A DNA stretch of 64,000 nt from Negaprion brevirostris (Eukaryota), in the NCBI GenBank assembly GCA_030324005.1, contig JARDVH010000099.1:42209788-42273787 (forward strand), in the 5' to 3' direction. Made by a program: the position numbers and the translations under genes. Positions 38,324 through 50,039 of this stretch are shown here, piece by piece. The notes beneath the pieces were generated by a model. The model did no database searches. It was not told where the DNA came from and saw nothing but the letters and a program-made list of their open reading frames with translations. Every line of letters starts with the position of its first letter. The stretch's first letter is position 1.

Positions 38324-38987
38324 TATATTTAATTAGGGATTTTATTCAATTGTTACTTTTGGTTATTAACAAACTAATTTATATAATTTATTTTGTCAAA
38401 TTTCCCAGTTCTTATCTGGAACATAAAAATAAATGTAGATATTATATTATGTATAGTTGCAATAAACAATACCTTTTATAAACCAGTCTCCTTCATTTGA
38501 ATGCTTTTATTGCCAATATATTTGTGACACCTGAGGTGGTAACCAAATTGACTGCATCTTTAGTTGCTATAAAAACTTAAAAGATAATTGCAGACTCAAG
38601 TTTAAGATAATAGAGAAAATTATGTGTTTTCATCCGAGGTCATGATTATTTCTTTCACAAGTCTTTCTGCAGCAATAACTCAAGGTCTTTAAAGCTGCTG
38701 TTACACAACCACTTTTAGATGATATATTCAGATAGTAGATGATAGATGCAGTCAATTTGGTTACCACCTCAGATGTAACAAATATAGTTGCAACAAAAGC
38801 ATACAAATGAAGGAGACTTGTTTATAAAAAGTATTGTTTATTGCAATGATACAGATATAATATCTGGAACATATAAAAATAAATGTAGATAAAAATTGAG
38901 AAATTTGACTAAATAATAACTTAAATTATATAAATTAGTTTGTTAATAACCAGATTTACAATTGAATAAAATCCCTAATTAAATATA
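38324..38987. repeat. Long inverted repeat: arms 38324-38559 and 38744-38987, spacer about 185 nt
   Basis: tatatttaattagggattttattcaattg...ggtaaccaaattgactgcatct is mirrored by agatgcagtcaatttggttacc...caattgaataaaatccctaattaaatata. Confidence 0.92.
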
Positions 38988-39719
38988 ACATATAATATAT
39001 TCAAGATTACAGAGCACAACATCTGGAAGTGCAAGATCCCAATTCCAGCCAGTTCGAATTTGCACATTATCAACTAACAGCCTGGTGGAAAACTGAAACC
39101 ACCTCAAGATGCAATAAACATTATGCGGATTACAGAATAAATTATTCCCTAGTGTTTCACAAGGAGCACTGGTTAGGTCGCTAGAGAAGCCATAGTTGAA
39201 AACTGGAAAAATGTAAACATTTAATGAATGTAATAATCCAATGGTATAACTACAGGTTGGCAAATCACACAAGTTTTTTGTTTCCTTTACACTGACCACA
39301 AAACAAGTTTCCTAAGGCCTGCTAGCTGCACATTTTTGCTAGTCTGTCAAATCAATGATTAGCAAATTTCTGATGATGATGGCCAAGAAAACACAAGACA
39401 GCATTATTTCCAGTAGTGCATTATAAATTGCTGAAAACATCCATTAACTATAATATTTCAATTATGTTGTTTTGCACATACACAGTGTACCCATGTTACA
39501 AGTTAGCTCCAAACTCCAGTGCCTTCAACAAGCTGCCCACTACTCAAGCTGAGGTGCAACATCAAGCTGTATTAAAGTTATCAAATCCAGTTGGACATTC
39601 TGCAAAAAGTTCCAGTACATAAACTCTCAAATCCAACTATGCCATTATTGGTCAGCTGGCATAGCCATCCTTTCCACACCCTGTTTTCCCCCACCAATTG
39701 AGAATAAATAGATACCTGA

Positions 39720-40510
39720 TCACAAAATCCCAGAATTCTTACAGTTCAGGAGGCAGCCATTTTTCCAATCATGTCTGCACTAGCTCTACTAAGAAACAAG
39801 TCACCTACCGCATTCTCCTTGTAACTCTGCATGTTCCTCTTTTCATGTAATGGTCCAATTTTCTTTTGAATGTCTTGGTTGAACCTATGTCCACCAAACT
39901 CTCAAGCAGTGCATTCCACCCTAACCAATGTGTGAAAACATTCCACCCATCCCCTCGCATTGGCAAAATAAGCAAAAGCAATCATCTTAATCTGTGCTGT
40001 GCCTTCCTGTTCTTGATCCTCAAAACAGTTTTTCCCAATCAAATCTATCCAAACCCCTCAGGATTTTTAACATCTCTTATCCAAGTTTTCTCCAAGTACC
40101 AAATCATCTAAACTTGGTATCTGAAAGTTCCTATTCTCTGCAACCATTCTTGCGAAACCTTTCTGCACTCTCTCATGTTTATCTTTTTTAAAAAAAGTGC
40201 AGTACTCAGATCTGGACAAAATTCTCCAGCTGAGGCCAGACTAAAGTCTTATTCTAATTCCACCAGCTTGCCTACGTCCTTTGAAATTTCTACACTATCC
40301 CCTTTTAGAATTCACAATGCTTCCAAGTTTTCTATCACTTTGGGAGTGCGCCTGTACACCGAGGTCGAGATCATTAACATACATCAGGAAATGCAAAGGG
40401 TCCCAAAACTGATTCCTGGGGAGCTTCCCTACAGAATAACCACTTCCCTCCATGAACCACTCCTTTCCAATTGGATGATTCTTGACTACCAGAAGTGGCA
40501 TTTTTCCTTC
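39720..40510 (-). mobile_element. Old CR1 3' fragment
   Basis: FLMYVNDLDLGV; tctggcctcagctggagaatttt; ggtggaatgcactgc; CR1-type tail. Confidence 0.75.
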
Positions 40511-40689
40511 GTGTGTAATAATTGTTATAACTGTTACAAAAGTGTTCTATCATTTGTTTTAATGCCCTGAAACTTTTCCCCAGGATTGTGGTAGTGGGGG
40601 TTCTGGAGATTAGTCTCGGACTCCCAGAGGCTCCAGTGTGGTTCTGGAGGATTGATATTTTCCTCCAGTTGTATGCCGGATGTACTGAC

Positions 40690-40815
40690 CAGTGAGAATT
40701 CGGCCCCGGGCCATGTTATCCTGAAAGGGACGTCGTCGCTTAACACAGGGGCTGTCCTGCTCCAGCTCNNNNNNNNNNGCAGGGCAGGCACGGCCGGCAA
40801 CCCTTTACACAGCAT
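40690..40815 (-). CDS. ERLEC1: ERLEC1 exon 1 (coding part, signal peptide)
   Basis: MLCKGLPAVPAL[10 N]SWSRTAPVLSDDVPFRITWPGAEFSL resembles the ERLEC1 N-terminus (LSDDIPFRVNWPGTEFSL). Donor GTCAGT at 40689. ATG at 40815 has A at -3. Start and frame across the 10-N gap are inferred. Confidence 0.85.
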
Positions 40816-41100
40816 CCTGACAAACAACAGCAACCGGCGCACTCCCTGCCGCTTTCAGGCGCTGACAGCTGCAGAGACCAGGGGGCCAGTGGCCCGGAGC
40901 CGGTCGCGGTCAGCCAGCTTCATCATCCTTGGCAGCCGCTCCATCTGCCACGTCTACTTCCGGTAGGTTGCAGCAGTACAACTTCCGGGGTCAGGCATAT
41001 CCTGGACCAATGGCAGTGCGAGGCTCTGTGCCGCTCCGGACCAATGGCAACGCGGGGCTGTGTGCCGCGGACCAATGGTAGTGCAGGTAGAGCTGGGGGT
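40690..41100. promoter_or_regulatory. CpG-rich ERLEC1 promoter/first exon, probably bidirectional with ASB3
   Basis: The only strongly CpG-dense segment in the window. ETS/GABP ACTTCCGG at 40956-40963 and 40981-40988. CCAAT at 41007, 41041 and 41072. GCCACGTC at 40947-40954. Head-to-head ASB3/ERLEC1 is known from mammalian synteny. Confidence 0.75.
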
Positions 41101-41636
41101 GGGTGCTGATATCTTTTTGTATCACTCACAGATTCTGCAGCCCAGAAAGAAAGACTCAACTCAGGAAGTCAATGCTAGCATTTATTTTCCACTAGACCCT
41201 CCCCCCCATCTAACCCCATCAGTACAGCCATCTATCTATTCCTTNNNNNNNNNNNNNNNNNNNNNNNNNNNNNNNNNNNNNNNNNNNNNNNNNNNNNNNN
41301 NNNNNNNNNNNNNNNNNNNNNNNNNNNNNNNNNNNNNNNNNNNNNNNNNNNNNNNNNNNNNNNNNNNNNNNNNNNNNNNNNNNNNNNNNNNNNNNNNNNN
41401 NNNNNNNNNNNNNNNNNNNNNNNNNNNNNNNNNNNNNNNNNNNNNNNNNNNNNNNNNNNNNNNNNNNNNNNNNNNNNNNNNNNNNNNNNNNNNNNNNNNA
41501 CTTAACGAGTTTTCGCTTTAATCCATAAATGCTGTTGCTTACAGAACATGTCTGTTAAGGAAATCTTTGGATTTTTCTGCATGTCAATGACAAGTCTTTA
41601 TTAATCACTTGTAACTGTAATGGAAGAAGGCAATGT

Positions 41637-42734
41637 ATCATAGAATCCCTACAGTGCAGGTGGAGGCATTTGGCCCATTGAGTGCACCAATTCTTTGACA
41701 GAGTATGTTACTCAGGCCCTCTCCCTCACCCTGTCCCCTTAATCCCACACATTTACCCTGCTAATCTACACAAACTAAGGGACAAATTAGCATGGCCAAT
41801 CCACCTAATCTGCACATCTTTGGACTGCTGGCAACAATGCATCCCTCACCGATGAGCTCAATGCATTCTATGCCCGTTTTGAGCAAGAGGTCAGCGAGAG
41901 CATGCCTTCCACCTCGGAAGCTTCAGCCTTCTCGAAAGTCAGTCCACGGAAAGTAACTTACTCGGATGGGGTACCTGGATGAGCATTCAGACCCTTCATG
42001 GAGCAGCTGGTGGGAGTATTTTCAGACATCTTTAACCTCTCTTTGCACCAATCTGAGGTCCCTATCTGCTTCAAGAAGACCACCGTCATCCCTGTACCAA
42101 AGAAAAGCCAGGCAGCATACCTTAATGGCTATCACCTAGTGGTTCTGCCATCCATCATTATGAAGTGCTTCGAAAGGTTGGTCATGGCATAAATCAATTT
42201 TGGCCTCCCAGATTGCTTGGATTCACTACAGTCCACTTTTGCCACAACAGGTCCACAGCAGATNNNNNNNNNNNNNNNNNNNNNNNNNNNNNNNNNNNNN
42301 NNNNNNNNNNNNNNNNNNNNNNNNNNNNNNNNNNNNNNNNNNNNNNNNNNNNNNNNNNNNNNNTGAGGTCACGTACCAACCGACTCAAGAACAGCTTCTT
42401 CCCTGCTGCCATCAGACTTTTGAATGGACCTACTTCATATTAAGTTGATCTTTCTCTACACCCTAACTATGAATGTAACACGACATTCAGCACCTTCCCC
42501 TTTTCTTCTCTATGTACGGTGCGCTTTGTTTGTACAGCATGCAAGAAACAATACTTTTCACTGTGGACTAATACACGTGACAATAATAAATCAAATCAGT
42601 GGGAGAAAACTGGAGCACGTGGAAGAAACCCTTGCAGACACAGGGAGAACATCAAATTCCACAGGCCAGAATTGAACCCGGGTCCCTAGAGCTGTGAGGC
42701 AGCAGTGCTAACCACTCTGCCACTGTGCCACCCT
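41637..42734 (-). mobile_element. HE1/V-SINE split by a Rex1/Babar insertion
   Basis: SINE 3' half at 41637-41829 ends ...tttggactg; 5' half at 42598-42734 resumes gtgggagaaaac... Confidence 0.8.
41830..42598 (+). mobile_element. Rex1/Babar non-LTR retrotransposon 3' part (RT), partly in a gap
   Basis: DELNAFYARFE; EQLVGVFSDIFNLSL..VPICFKKTTVIPVPKK..IIMKCFERLV; RTNRLKNSFFPAAIRLLN; tail gtgacaataataaatcaaatca. Confidence 0.88.
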
Positions 42735-43149
42735 CAAGATGGCACTTGATCTACGACCTTCCCATCTTCAGTGATCACTCAAATCATCAAGGTGGCCCTT
42801 CCCAGTGCCAAACAGTGTCTCAGGTTAGCCTTGGAACATGAATCCTACAATTTAACATCAAAAGGACTGTCCCAGGCAAAATGCAAATATCTCTAAGATC
42901 ATCCTGAAAGAGCAGAAGACTGATGCCCTTGCACCATAAGGAACCCATGTCTCCAACAAGCAATGGGCCAACTGCTATCATATCCATGGATACAACCTCA
43001 CGATTAGTCACTATCACCCAAGATATGGCTTGACAATGGAACTAAAACACCATTACAGAGCTCACATTCTCCTTTCAACTGGAGAAGAAACCACAGCTAC
43101 CAGGATAAGGAGGCTGCAGATCACTAATATAGATAAAATCCCTAACTCA

Positions 43150-43350
43150 AAATGACTGAACCTGCACTCCCAAGTGCATCAATCCCAGCTACTGGTGATT
43201 TTAATAGTCACTACACTGTGTGGGGTTATGAGACAAATAGCAAAGCGCTCACACACTGGATGTCTGTGGAAAACCTACAACTGGATTTCAATCCTGAAAA
43301 ATTGGCAACTTTCCACTCTGCCCATTGGCTGGGAGGCTACAACCTGGACT
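43150..43350 (+). mobile_element. Jockey/I-clade LINE AP-endonuclease remnant
   Basis: GDFNSHYTVWGY..LTHW..NLQL..TFHSAHW..YNLD. Confidence 0.7.
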
Positions 43351-44802
43351 ACCCCCCATGTCCTACTCTCTACCTGATGTTCAACTACCGTCCAATTTAC
43401 CCCCCCATGTCTGACTGCCCTCCCATATCTGATTTCTCCTCCCAAGTCTGTCTCCCCTCCTCCTGATGTGCGACTCCACTCCTCAGTGTGTGACACCAAC
43501 CTCTCCAATGTCTGACCCTCATCCCGCCCCATGTCTGACTTTCCCACCCCCACTTCCCATTCACTCACCTTCTCCCTGGTCTGTTATTTTCACTGTGACT
43601 TTTCAAATCACCTGCTTTACAGCAGCAAGTTGTTAAAAAAAAGGGNNNNNNNNNNNNNNNNNNNNNNNNNNNNNNNNNNNNNNNNNNNNNNNNNNNNNNN
43701 NNNNNNNNNNNNNNNNNNNNNNNNNNNNNNNNNNNNNNNNNNNNNAAAAAAGGGTTGTGTGTCCTCCTTCGCTCTGATCTTTTTCCACTTCGCCTATGGA
43801 ATCAGGGACGTGCTTCGCTGCTTGAGTCTCACCGGCCTGAGTCAGGAAGGTCAGGCAAGATAGGCAGTTCAGCATTTTATCACAGCCAAGTCTGTATGGA
43901 GGGGCAATCTGCCATTGATTGCCATCTGGGAAGTTCCAGCCCAAGATGCTGGCCTGACCATTTTGTTGTAAAATTATAGTAATTCCTCTATATAGCCATA
44001 CAGTAAGGGGTGCGGGCAGGGAGCTAGCTCCATGTCTAAGTCTTAATATGACTGCTCAACCCAATACTCAACCGACCTCTGCGTCATACTCTGTTCCACA
44101 TTAACTCTGTAAATACCAGACCCTTACACCACATCTCCCCAAAGTATTTACCCCATGAATACAGAGTCACATTTGTTTACTTCGAGGCTTACATTGTTTT
44201 AAGACTCATTAATTTCTTGTTACAAACTCAATGTTATTCCAACACTATTTCTGTATTAGTTTTAACATTCTCACTACCTGTTGGGTCCATTCATTCCTTT
44301 GAATAGACGAGGGGACAGCACTGATGTGAGTTTTCTTTTATTGGATGGAACTTTAAAGGATTATTACCATGACAGAAGTGAAAAGAGAAAGAAAAGTCAA
44401 CTTGGAGACTGGCTTTTACTGCTGAACGAATCTTGAAAACAAAACTGAAAAAAAAACACACTAAGATCCAAACTATATTTCAATCATTATCTCGAAATTG
44501 AAAATGTTTTTTGCAAGCTGCTGCCGACTTAGCTGCTGTTATACTGTTGTTTATCTGTATTGTGTAACCTTCAGGAATGCCGTCAATTTTTAGCTAATCT
44601 TCAGACTTCTGATTCTACGTGTAGTTAAGTTANNNNNNNNNNNNNNNNNNNNNNNNNNNNNNNNNNNNNNNNNNNNNNNNNNNNNNNNNNNNNNNNNNNN
44701 NNNNNNNNNNNNNNNNNNNNNNNNNNNNNNNNAGTTAAGTTAGCAGGGTTAGTTGCATAGGCAGAAATATTTAAAAATGAAGTCTTTGCATAGACTGAAG
44801 TA

Positions 44803-45292
44803 CAGATCAGAGTGCTGAAAAACACTTCAGCGGTCATGGGCATTCGGACTCTGATCTTCAGGTAAGCATTCTGCAAGGTGGCCTTCATGACACACAACAA
44901 TGCAGAGTCCTGAGCAGAGACTGATAGCCAAGTTCTGCACACATGACAACGGCCTCATCCGGGATCTTGGGTTCATGTCACACTATCTGTAACCCCCATG
45001 ACTTGCCTGGACTTGCAAAATCTCACTAACTGACCTGTCTGGAGACAATACACATCTCTTTAACCTGTGCTTAATGCTCTCTCCACTCACATCGTCTGTA
45101 CTTTAAGACTTGATTACCTGTAAAGACCTGCATTCCAATCATTATGTTGTAAATTGAGTTTGTGTATTTATGTGCACTGTTTGTGAACAGAGCTCTCACT
45201 TACCTGATGAAGGAGCAGCGCTCCGAAAGCTAGTCGCTTTTGCTACCAAATAAACCTGTTGGACTTTAACCTGGTGTTGTGAGATTTCTTAT
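44803..45292 (+). mobile_element. 5'-truncated Penelope-like element (GIY-YIG C-terminus plus pLTR) with 12-bp TSD
   Basis: Homologous to 55237-55720 (minus). TAGACTGAAGTA is duplicated at 44791-44802 and 45293-45304. Confidence 0.85.
45197..45236 (+). ncRNA. Minimal type I hammerhead ribozyme motif in a Penelope pLTR
   Basis: ac-CTGATGA-a-GGAGC agc GCTCC-GAA-AGCT-A-gt. Intact core, 5-bp stem II, palindromic AGCT stem III, weakened stem I. Confidence 0.75.
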
Positions 45293-47954
45293 TAGACTGA
45301 AGTAAACAGGGCTAAGCATACATAGGATCTCTCACTACGCCACCCCCTACGCAAAGAGAGAAGAGGGAACGAAGGTAAGCTCCAACTCTAAGTACAGTTT
45401 AGCATTTGCGAGCTCAAGACCGTGTTGGTTTGGCTGAGTAATTAGTGATGGTGGTAGTCTTGACATCCTCCGCCATCTGGAGGAACTCTGGGGGATAGAG
45501 GCATCCCTGCCCAGTAGACAGAAAGGCTGGTCATGGACAATGTACATCAGTTCAAAGATCTGTTTGCTACCATTTATTGTATCTGCAGTTTTTCCATTTT
45601 TCCTTGGCAGTGTGTAATTCCTGTGTGTTATCTTTCATGCTCATGCGTTTCTAACAATTGTTTGTGAAAGACGTCACACTCTTTAGTGAGAACTCCCAGC
45701 TTCATTTGTTATTCTGTGTTCTTATGTTTTTTTCAAGGTTCCTTCCAAATGTGCAACTTTTTTCTTCAGAACTGAGCCTCATTCTTGCATCTCTTCCTCC
45801 TGGAATAGTGAACACTCCCGAGTCCTCTCTGAAAACTGGTAAATTTGTTTTGTCTCACTTCATAATGTTCTTGAGGAACAAACTGAGACCTGAGGGATCC
45901 TTGTAGCCTGTGAAGGTCCATCAGCACATTTTCCTTTACATTGCAAAGCTCAAGTCCTTCACCTTGAGTTTTCTTGTATTTTAGCAGAGTCTCATTGCGT
46001 CTGTTCTGCCGCTTTGCTGTTCATGGTATTNNNNNNNNNNATGGTATTCTTTTTTTCAGCCTTGTTGCATCTGATCCTGAAGGCCAATTAGCTGTTCCTT
46101 CAACTGTTTATTTTCTTGTTGAGCTGTTTTTTTCTCACTCTACACAGCTAACACAGCTCTTTCTGAAGCAGCAGTGTTATCTGTAATTGCATGTGTTTTT
46201 CCAGGGGCATGCATTGGTTTGTCAAAGAACTGGCAATGAGGTCTGTTGGTGTCTTCCTTGCCTTCTGTTGTGCCTGGCTGTATTTCAGGTTGAGTTCTTC
46301 CAACAGATGTTCTCTGATTGCACTTCTGCTTTCTCTTGATCCGCCTGTCCCAGATCTTGTTCCTTGTTACCATCAGCTTCCGGTAGAGTTCTGGAAACGT
46401 GTCCGCAACTTTAAAAAGGAAATCATTTGGGGCACCTGCCTTGGGCTTCCCAGGAGTTTCTGGAGACTTTGTGCTTCTTGTGTGGTTTGTTTGGATGCTG
46501 TCTTTTGTCTTTTTCATCATGTTACTGAGGGCTTTCTATGGCTCTTTTTAAGCTCCCTGTGCTCCTCCACTTGAAGATTGTGGATTCATCAATGCACTGC
46601 ATCATGATTATGTTGTCAGCAAGTTCACCAAATGAAGATGAATAGGTATTTATCTGGATGACTTCTGATTTCTTACTGAGACCTGATATTCTCCAGTTGT
46701 TAAAAGTTCCACGCTCCAGGACACACAATTTTTCATGAGATTTGGCCAAGGGCTGAATCCAAATTTATCTGATATGTTGCATTTATGATCTATGGTCATT
46801 TCTTTTCTTCTGCAATCACAGCTGTTAAGAATGTTTGTGCAGGAACTGTTTCTTCTCTCTTAAAAATGGCATGCTGCCACTGTGTTTTATCCTCTGGTCT
46901 TCCGGTACTTTTTGTTGGGTTCTGTGGGCTCCCGCTGCAATTGTGGGATGTTTCTTTTTAAACTAATCAGCTCTTTAACTCTGCAAAAAAATAAATTTTA
47001 AACTAATGTTTGCCAGCAATTTGCTTCTCTGAGCTTTGGAGATTGATAGCAAGGTGATGTTTGCTCTGTCTTCTGTCTGTTTTTTCAAGCTTTTTTTCCA
47101 ATGGAGCTCCCCAGACTTCAAGATAATGTTGCTGGACTCTTCAGAGACAAAGGGGAATTTCTATGCTTCCTGGTTTTGGTAGCTGAATACTATTTTAACA
47201 ATGGCTGTGTGAATCCATCAACTTCTTTCGTTCAGTGGTTTACTATCGTTAGTGAAGCATTCAAAGTCAACGCAGACTTGATGTTCCTTACAGGCTGAGT
47301 AATTTAATTATTCATTTTTATTTCTGAGCTCAGGAATCATGATTAGCAATGGGTTTCATTCAGAAAAAATGCACGATGGAATTAGATTTCTCAATATAAT
47401 CACTTCCGAGCCCTCGGCCTGGTCATCACAATGGGTTTCTGTTTTTGGGAAACCAGTAGAGACTCCCACCATCTTGAAGAGGTGGATATGTTTTTAATTA
47501 GTAATGGGATGAAGGGTTATGGGGAGCAGGCAGGCAGGAAGGTGGAGATAAGATCAGCCGTGATCATAATGATTGGCAGAACAGGCTGGAGGGGCTGAAT
47601 TGCCTTATCCTGCTCTTAATTCTTATGTTCTCGCTTACACCCATCACTCCCCTGCTTGACTCGCATTTAACAGTGTCTCAATTTTGAAATCCTCATCCTT
47701 GCTTTTGAATTCCACTATGGCCTGGCTCCTCCCTAGAATCTCCTCCAGCTCTCCTACCTTCAAGATATCTCTGCTCCTCTAATTCCAGCCTCTTGTGCAT
47801 TCCTGATTTTATTTTGCAGCACTATTGGCTGTATCTTCAGCTGTCTCAGCCCTAACCTCTGAAATTCCCTCCACAAATGTGTCTTTCTTTCCTCCTGTTA
47901 GGTATTTCTTAAAACTTACCTATAAGCCTTTAATCACCTGCCCCAATATCTTAT

Positions 47955-48381
47955 TCTTTCTTTTAAAAACTAACTTTGTTTTTAGTGGGGTTTTTTTTTG
48001 ATTGCTTTAAGTTTTAACCTGGAAGTAGTTGCGAGGGCACTAGGGTCAAGTTTTTTTTTCACCTTTAAAAGTTTACTCACCTCGGGGATCCGGCCTCATT
48101 GTTCCGTGGGAGCAGTGGAGAGAGGCTGCGATTTGCGAGTGGAGAGCTTGTGGGTGAGTAAAAGCGACTTTTTCTTTCTTTTAAAAACTAACTTTGTTTT
48201 ANNNNNNNNNNNNNNNNNNNNNNNNNNNNNNNNNNNNNNNNNNNNNNNNNNNNNNNNNNNNNNNNNNNNNNNNNNNNNNNNNNNNNNNNNNNNNNNNNNN
48301 NTAGATTGGTAGGTGTTGATGTGATCGGCGCAACTCGTGGGCCGAAGGGCCTGTTTGTGCTGTAGTGTTCTATGTTCTTAT
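47955..48381 (+). mobile_element. Probably near full-length young CR1 collapsed into a 100-N gap, inserted in an older L2-like repeat
   Basis: GC-rich 5'UTR-like segment before the gap; CR1 tail gggccgaagggcctg..ttctatgttct after it; tcttat at 47949-47954 and 48376-48381 as a possible TSD. Confidence 0.55.
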
Positions 48382-49608
48382 GGGTCTTGATGTCATGTTT
48401 TCATTTGCAATACCTCAGAAGTGCCTTGGAGAATTGTATTACATTCAAGGCACTGTATAAGCATAGACTGTTGAATTGAACCTGAGCAGATAATCAGTTG
48501 CGAATTGACTGTCACAGATTACCAATTTTTTCCTTTATTCATGTTAAGGTCTGAGATTTAAGCTTTGGAAAGGACAAGTAGTCCTAAAAAGTATTTTTAA
48601 TGTGAGCAATGAAACTAATTGGCTCCTTCTTACTTACTTTTGCTGGGCCATTGGAAAAACCAAAGGATGATATGAATCCTGAAGTAGTGAAGTGTGTGGT
48701 CTGGGTATAGAGTATCCACAAAGCAGAGCATAGGACAATAATATTCTTAAAATGTAGAAGTATCCCTGTAGCTTCCCCACTTGGGATAGTTCATTTTTTC
48801 CTTTGTGTGGGAGAACATAAAATTAGTACTTTCAAAACCCAAATTTATCCTTCATGGGGGCAAATCTTTTGAGATCTTCAAGGGCTTACAAGATGTAAAA
48901 TATAAAATGTGACAAAATCCATTAGGAACACTTAGAGAAGGAGCAATTGATGTTTGTGAGGCGACTTCTCTTCTCAGTAACTATTTTGTAAAGTTTATGT
49001 GTTAGTGTCACAAGTAGGCTTGCATTAACACTGCTGTGAAGTTACTGTGAAAATCCCCTACTCACCACACTCCAGTGCCTGTTCGGGTACACTGAGGGAG
49101 AATTTAGCGTGGCCAATGCACCTAACCAGCACGTCTTTCAGACAGAGAGGAAACCCACACAAATCCAGGGAGAATGTATAGACTCCACACGGACAGTACC
49201 AAGTCAGGAATTGAACTCTGGTCCATAGCATTNNNNNNNNNNNNNNNNNNNNNNNNNNNNNNNNNNNNNNNNNNNNNNNNNNNNNNNNNNNNNNNNNNNN
49301 NNNNNNNNNNNNNNNNNNNNNNNNNNNNNNNNNNNNNNNNNNNNNNNNNNNNNNNNNNNTCAAATCCACCTGATGTGAATGGGAATGGAAAATCCAGGCC
49401 TATTTTAGTTTCTCTGCCATTTTCTTTTTCTAAATTCTCCCTGGCTTGTAATGGTCACACATGGGTAGGTATATAGTATAAAGAACCAAAATCTGTTGGC
49501 ATCATAGAAGTTCAGATGGAGTGAATGCCAGGCTGCTGAGGAAAGCTAGAATGGAGACAGCAGGAGCTCTGACCAGAATCTTTCAATCTTGTTGGACATG
49601 GGAATAAT

Positions 49609-49897
49609 ATTCATAGAAATCCTACAGTAGAGAAAGAGGCCACTTGGCCTATTGTGTCCGCAATGACCACAATCCCACCCAGGCCCTACCCACACATCCC
49701 TACATATCCCTAATCCCTCTTACCTATGCATCCCAGGACACTAAGGGACTATTTTAGCATGGCCAATCAACCTAATCTGAATATCTTTGGACTGTGGCAG
49801 GAAACTGATCACCAGAGGAACTCCACACAGACATGCGCAAACTCCACACAGTAACTTGAGCCAGGAATCGAAACCAGGTTCCTGGAGCTGTGAAGCG
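49609..49897 (-). mobile_element. HE1/V-SINE
   Basis: Reverse complement of the head, V-domain and CR1 tail; inserted into CR1 fragments. Confidence 0.85.
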
Positions 49898-50039
49898 ATT
49901 ATTCTTTCAATAATGTTAAAAAAAATGGGGAATTTCAAACGTTACTGCACTTTTTATAAAGAGATATAGCTTGGAATCAATGCTATATCAGTGTTGGTAG
50001 AACTACAATAAACCACAGTTAAGAACAAAATTATTTGGA

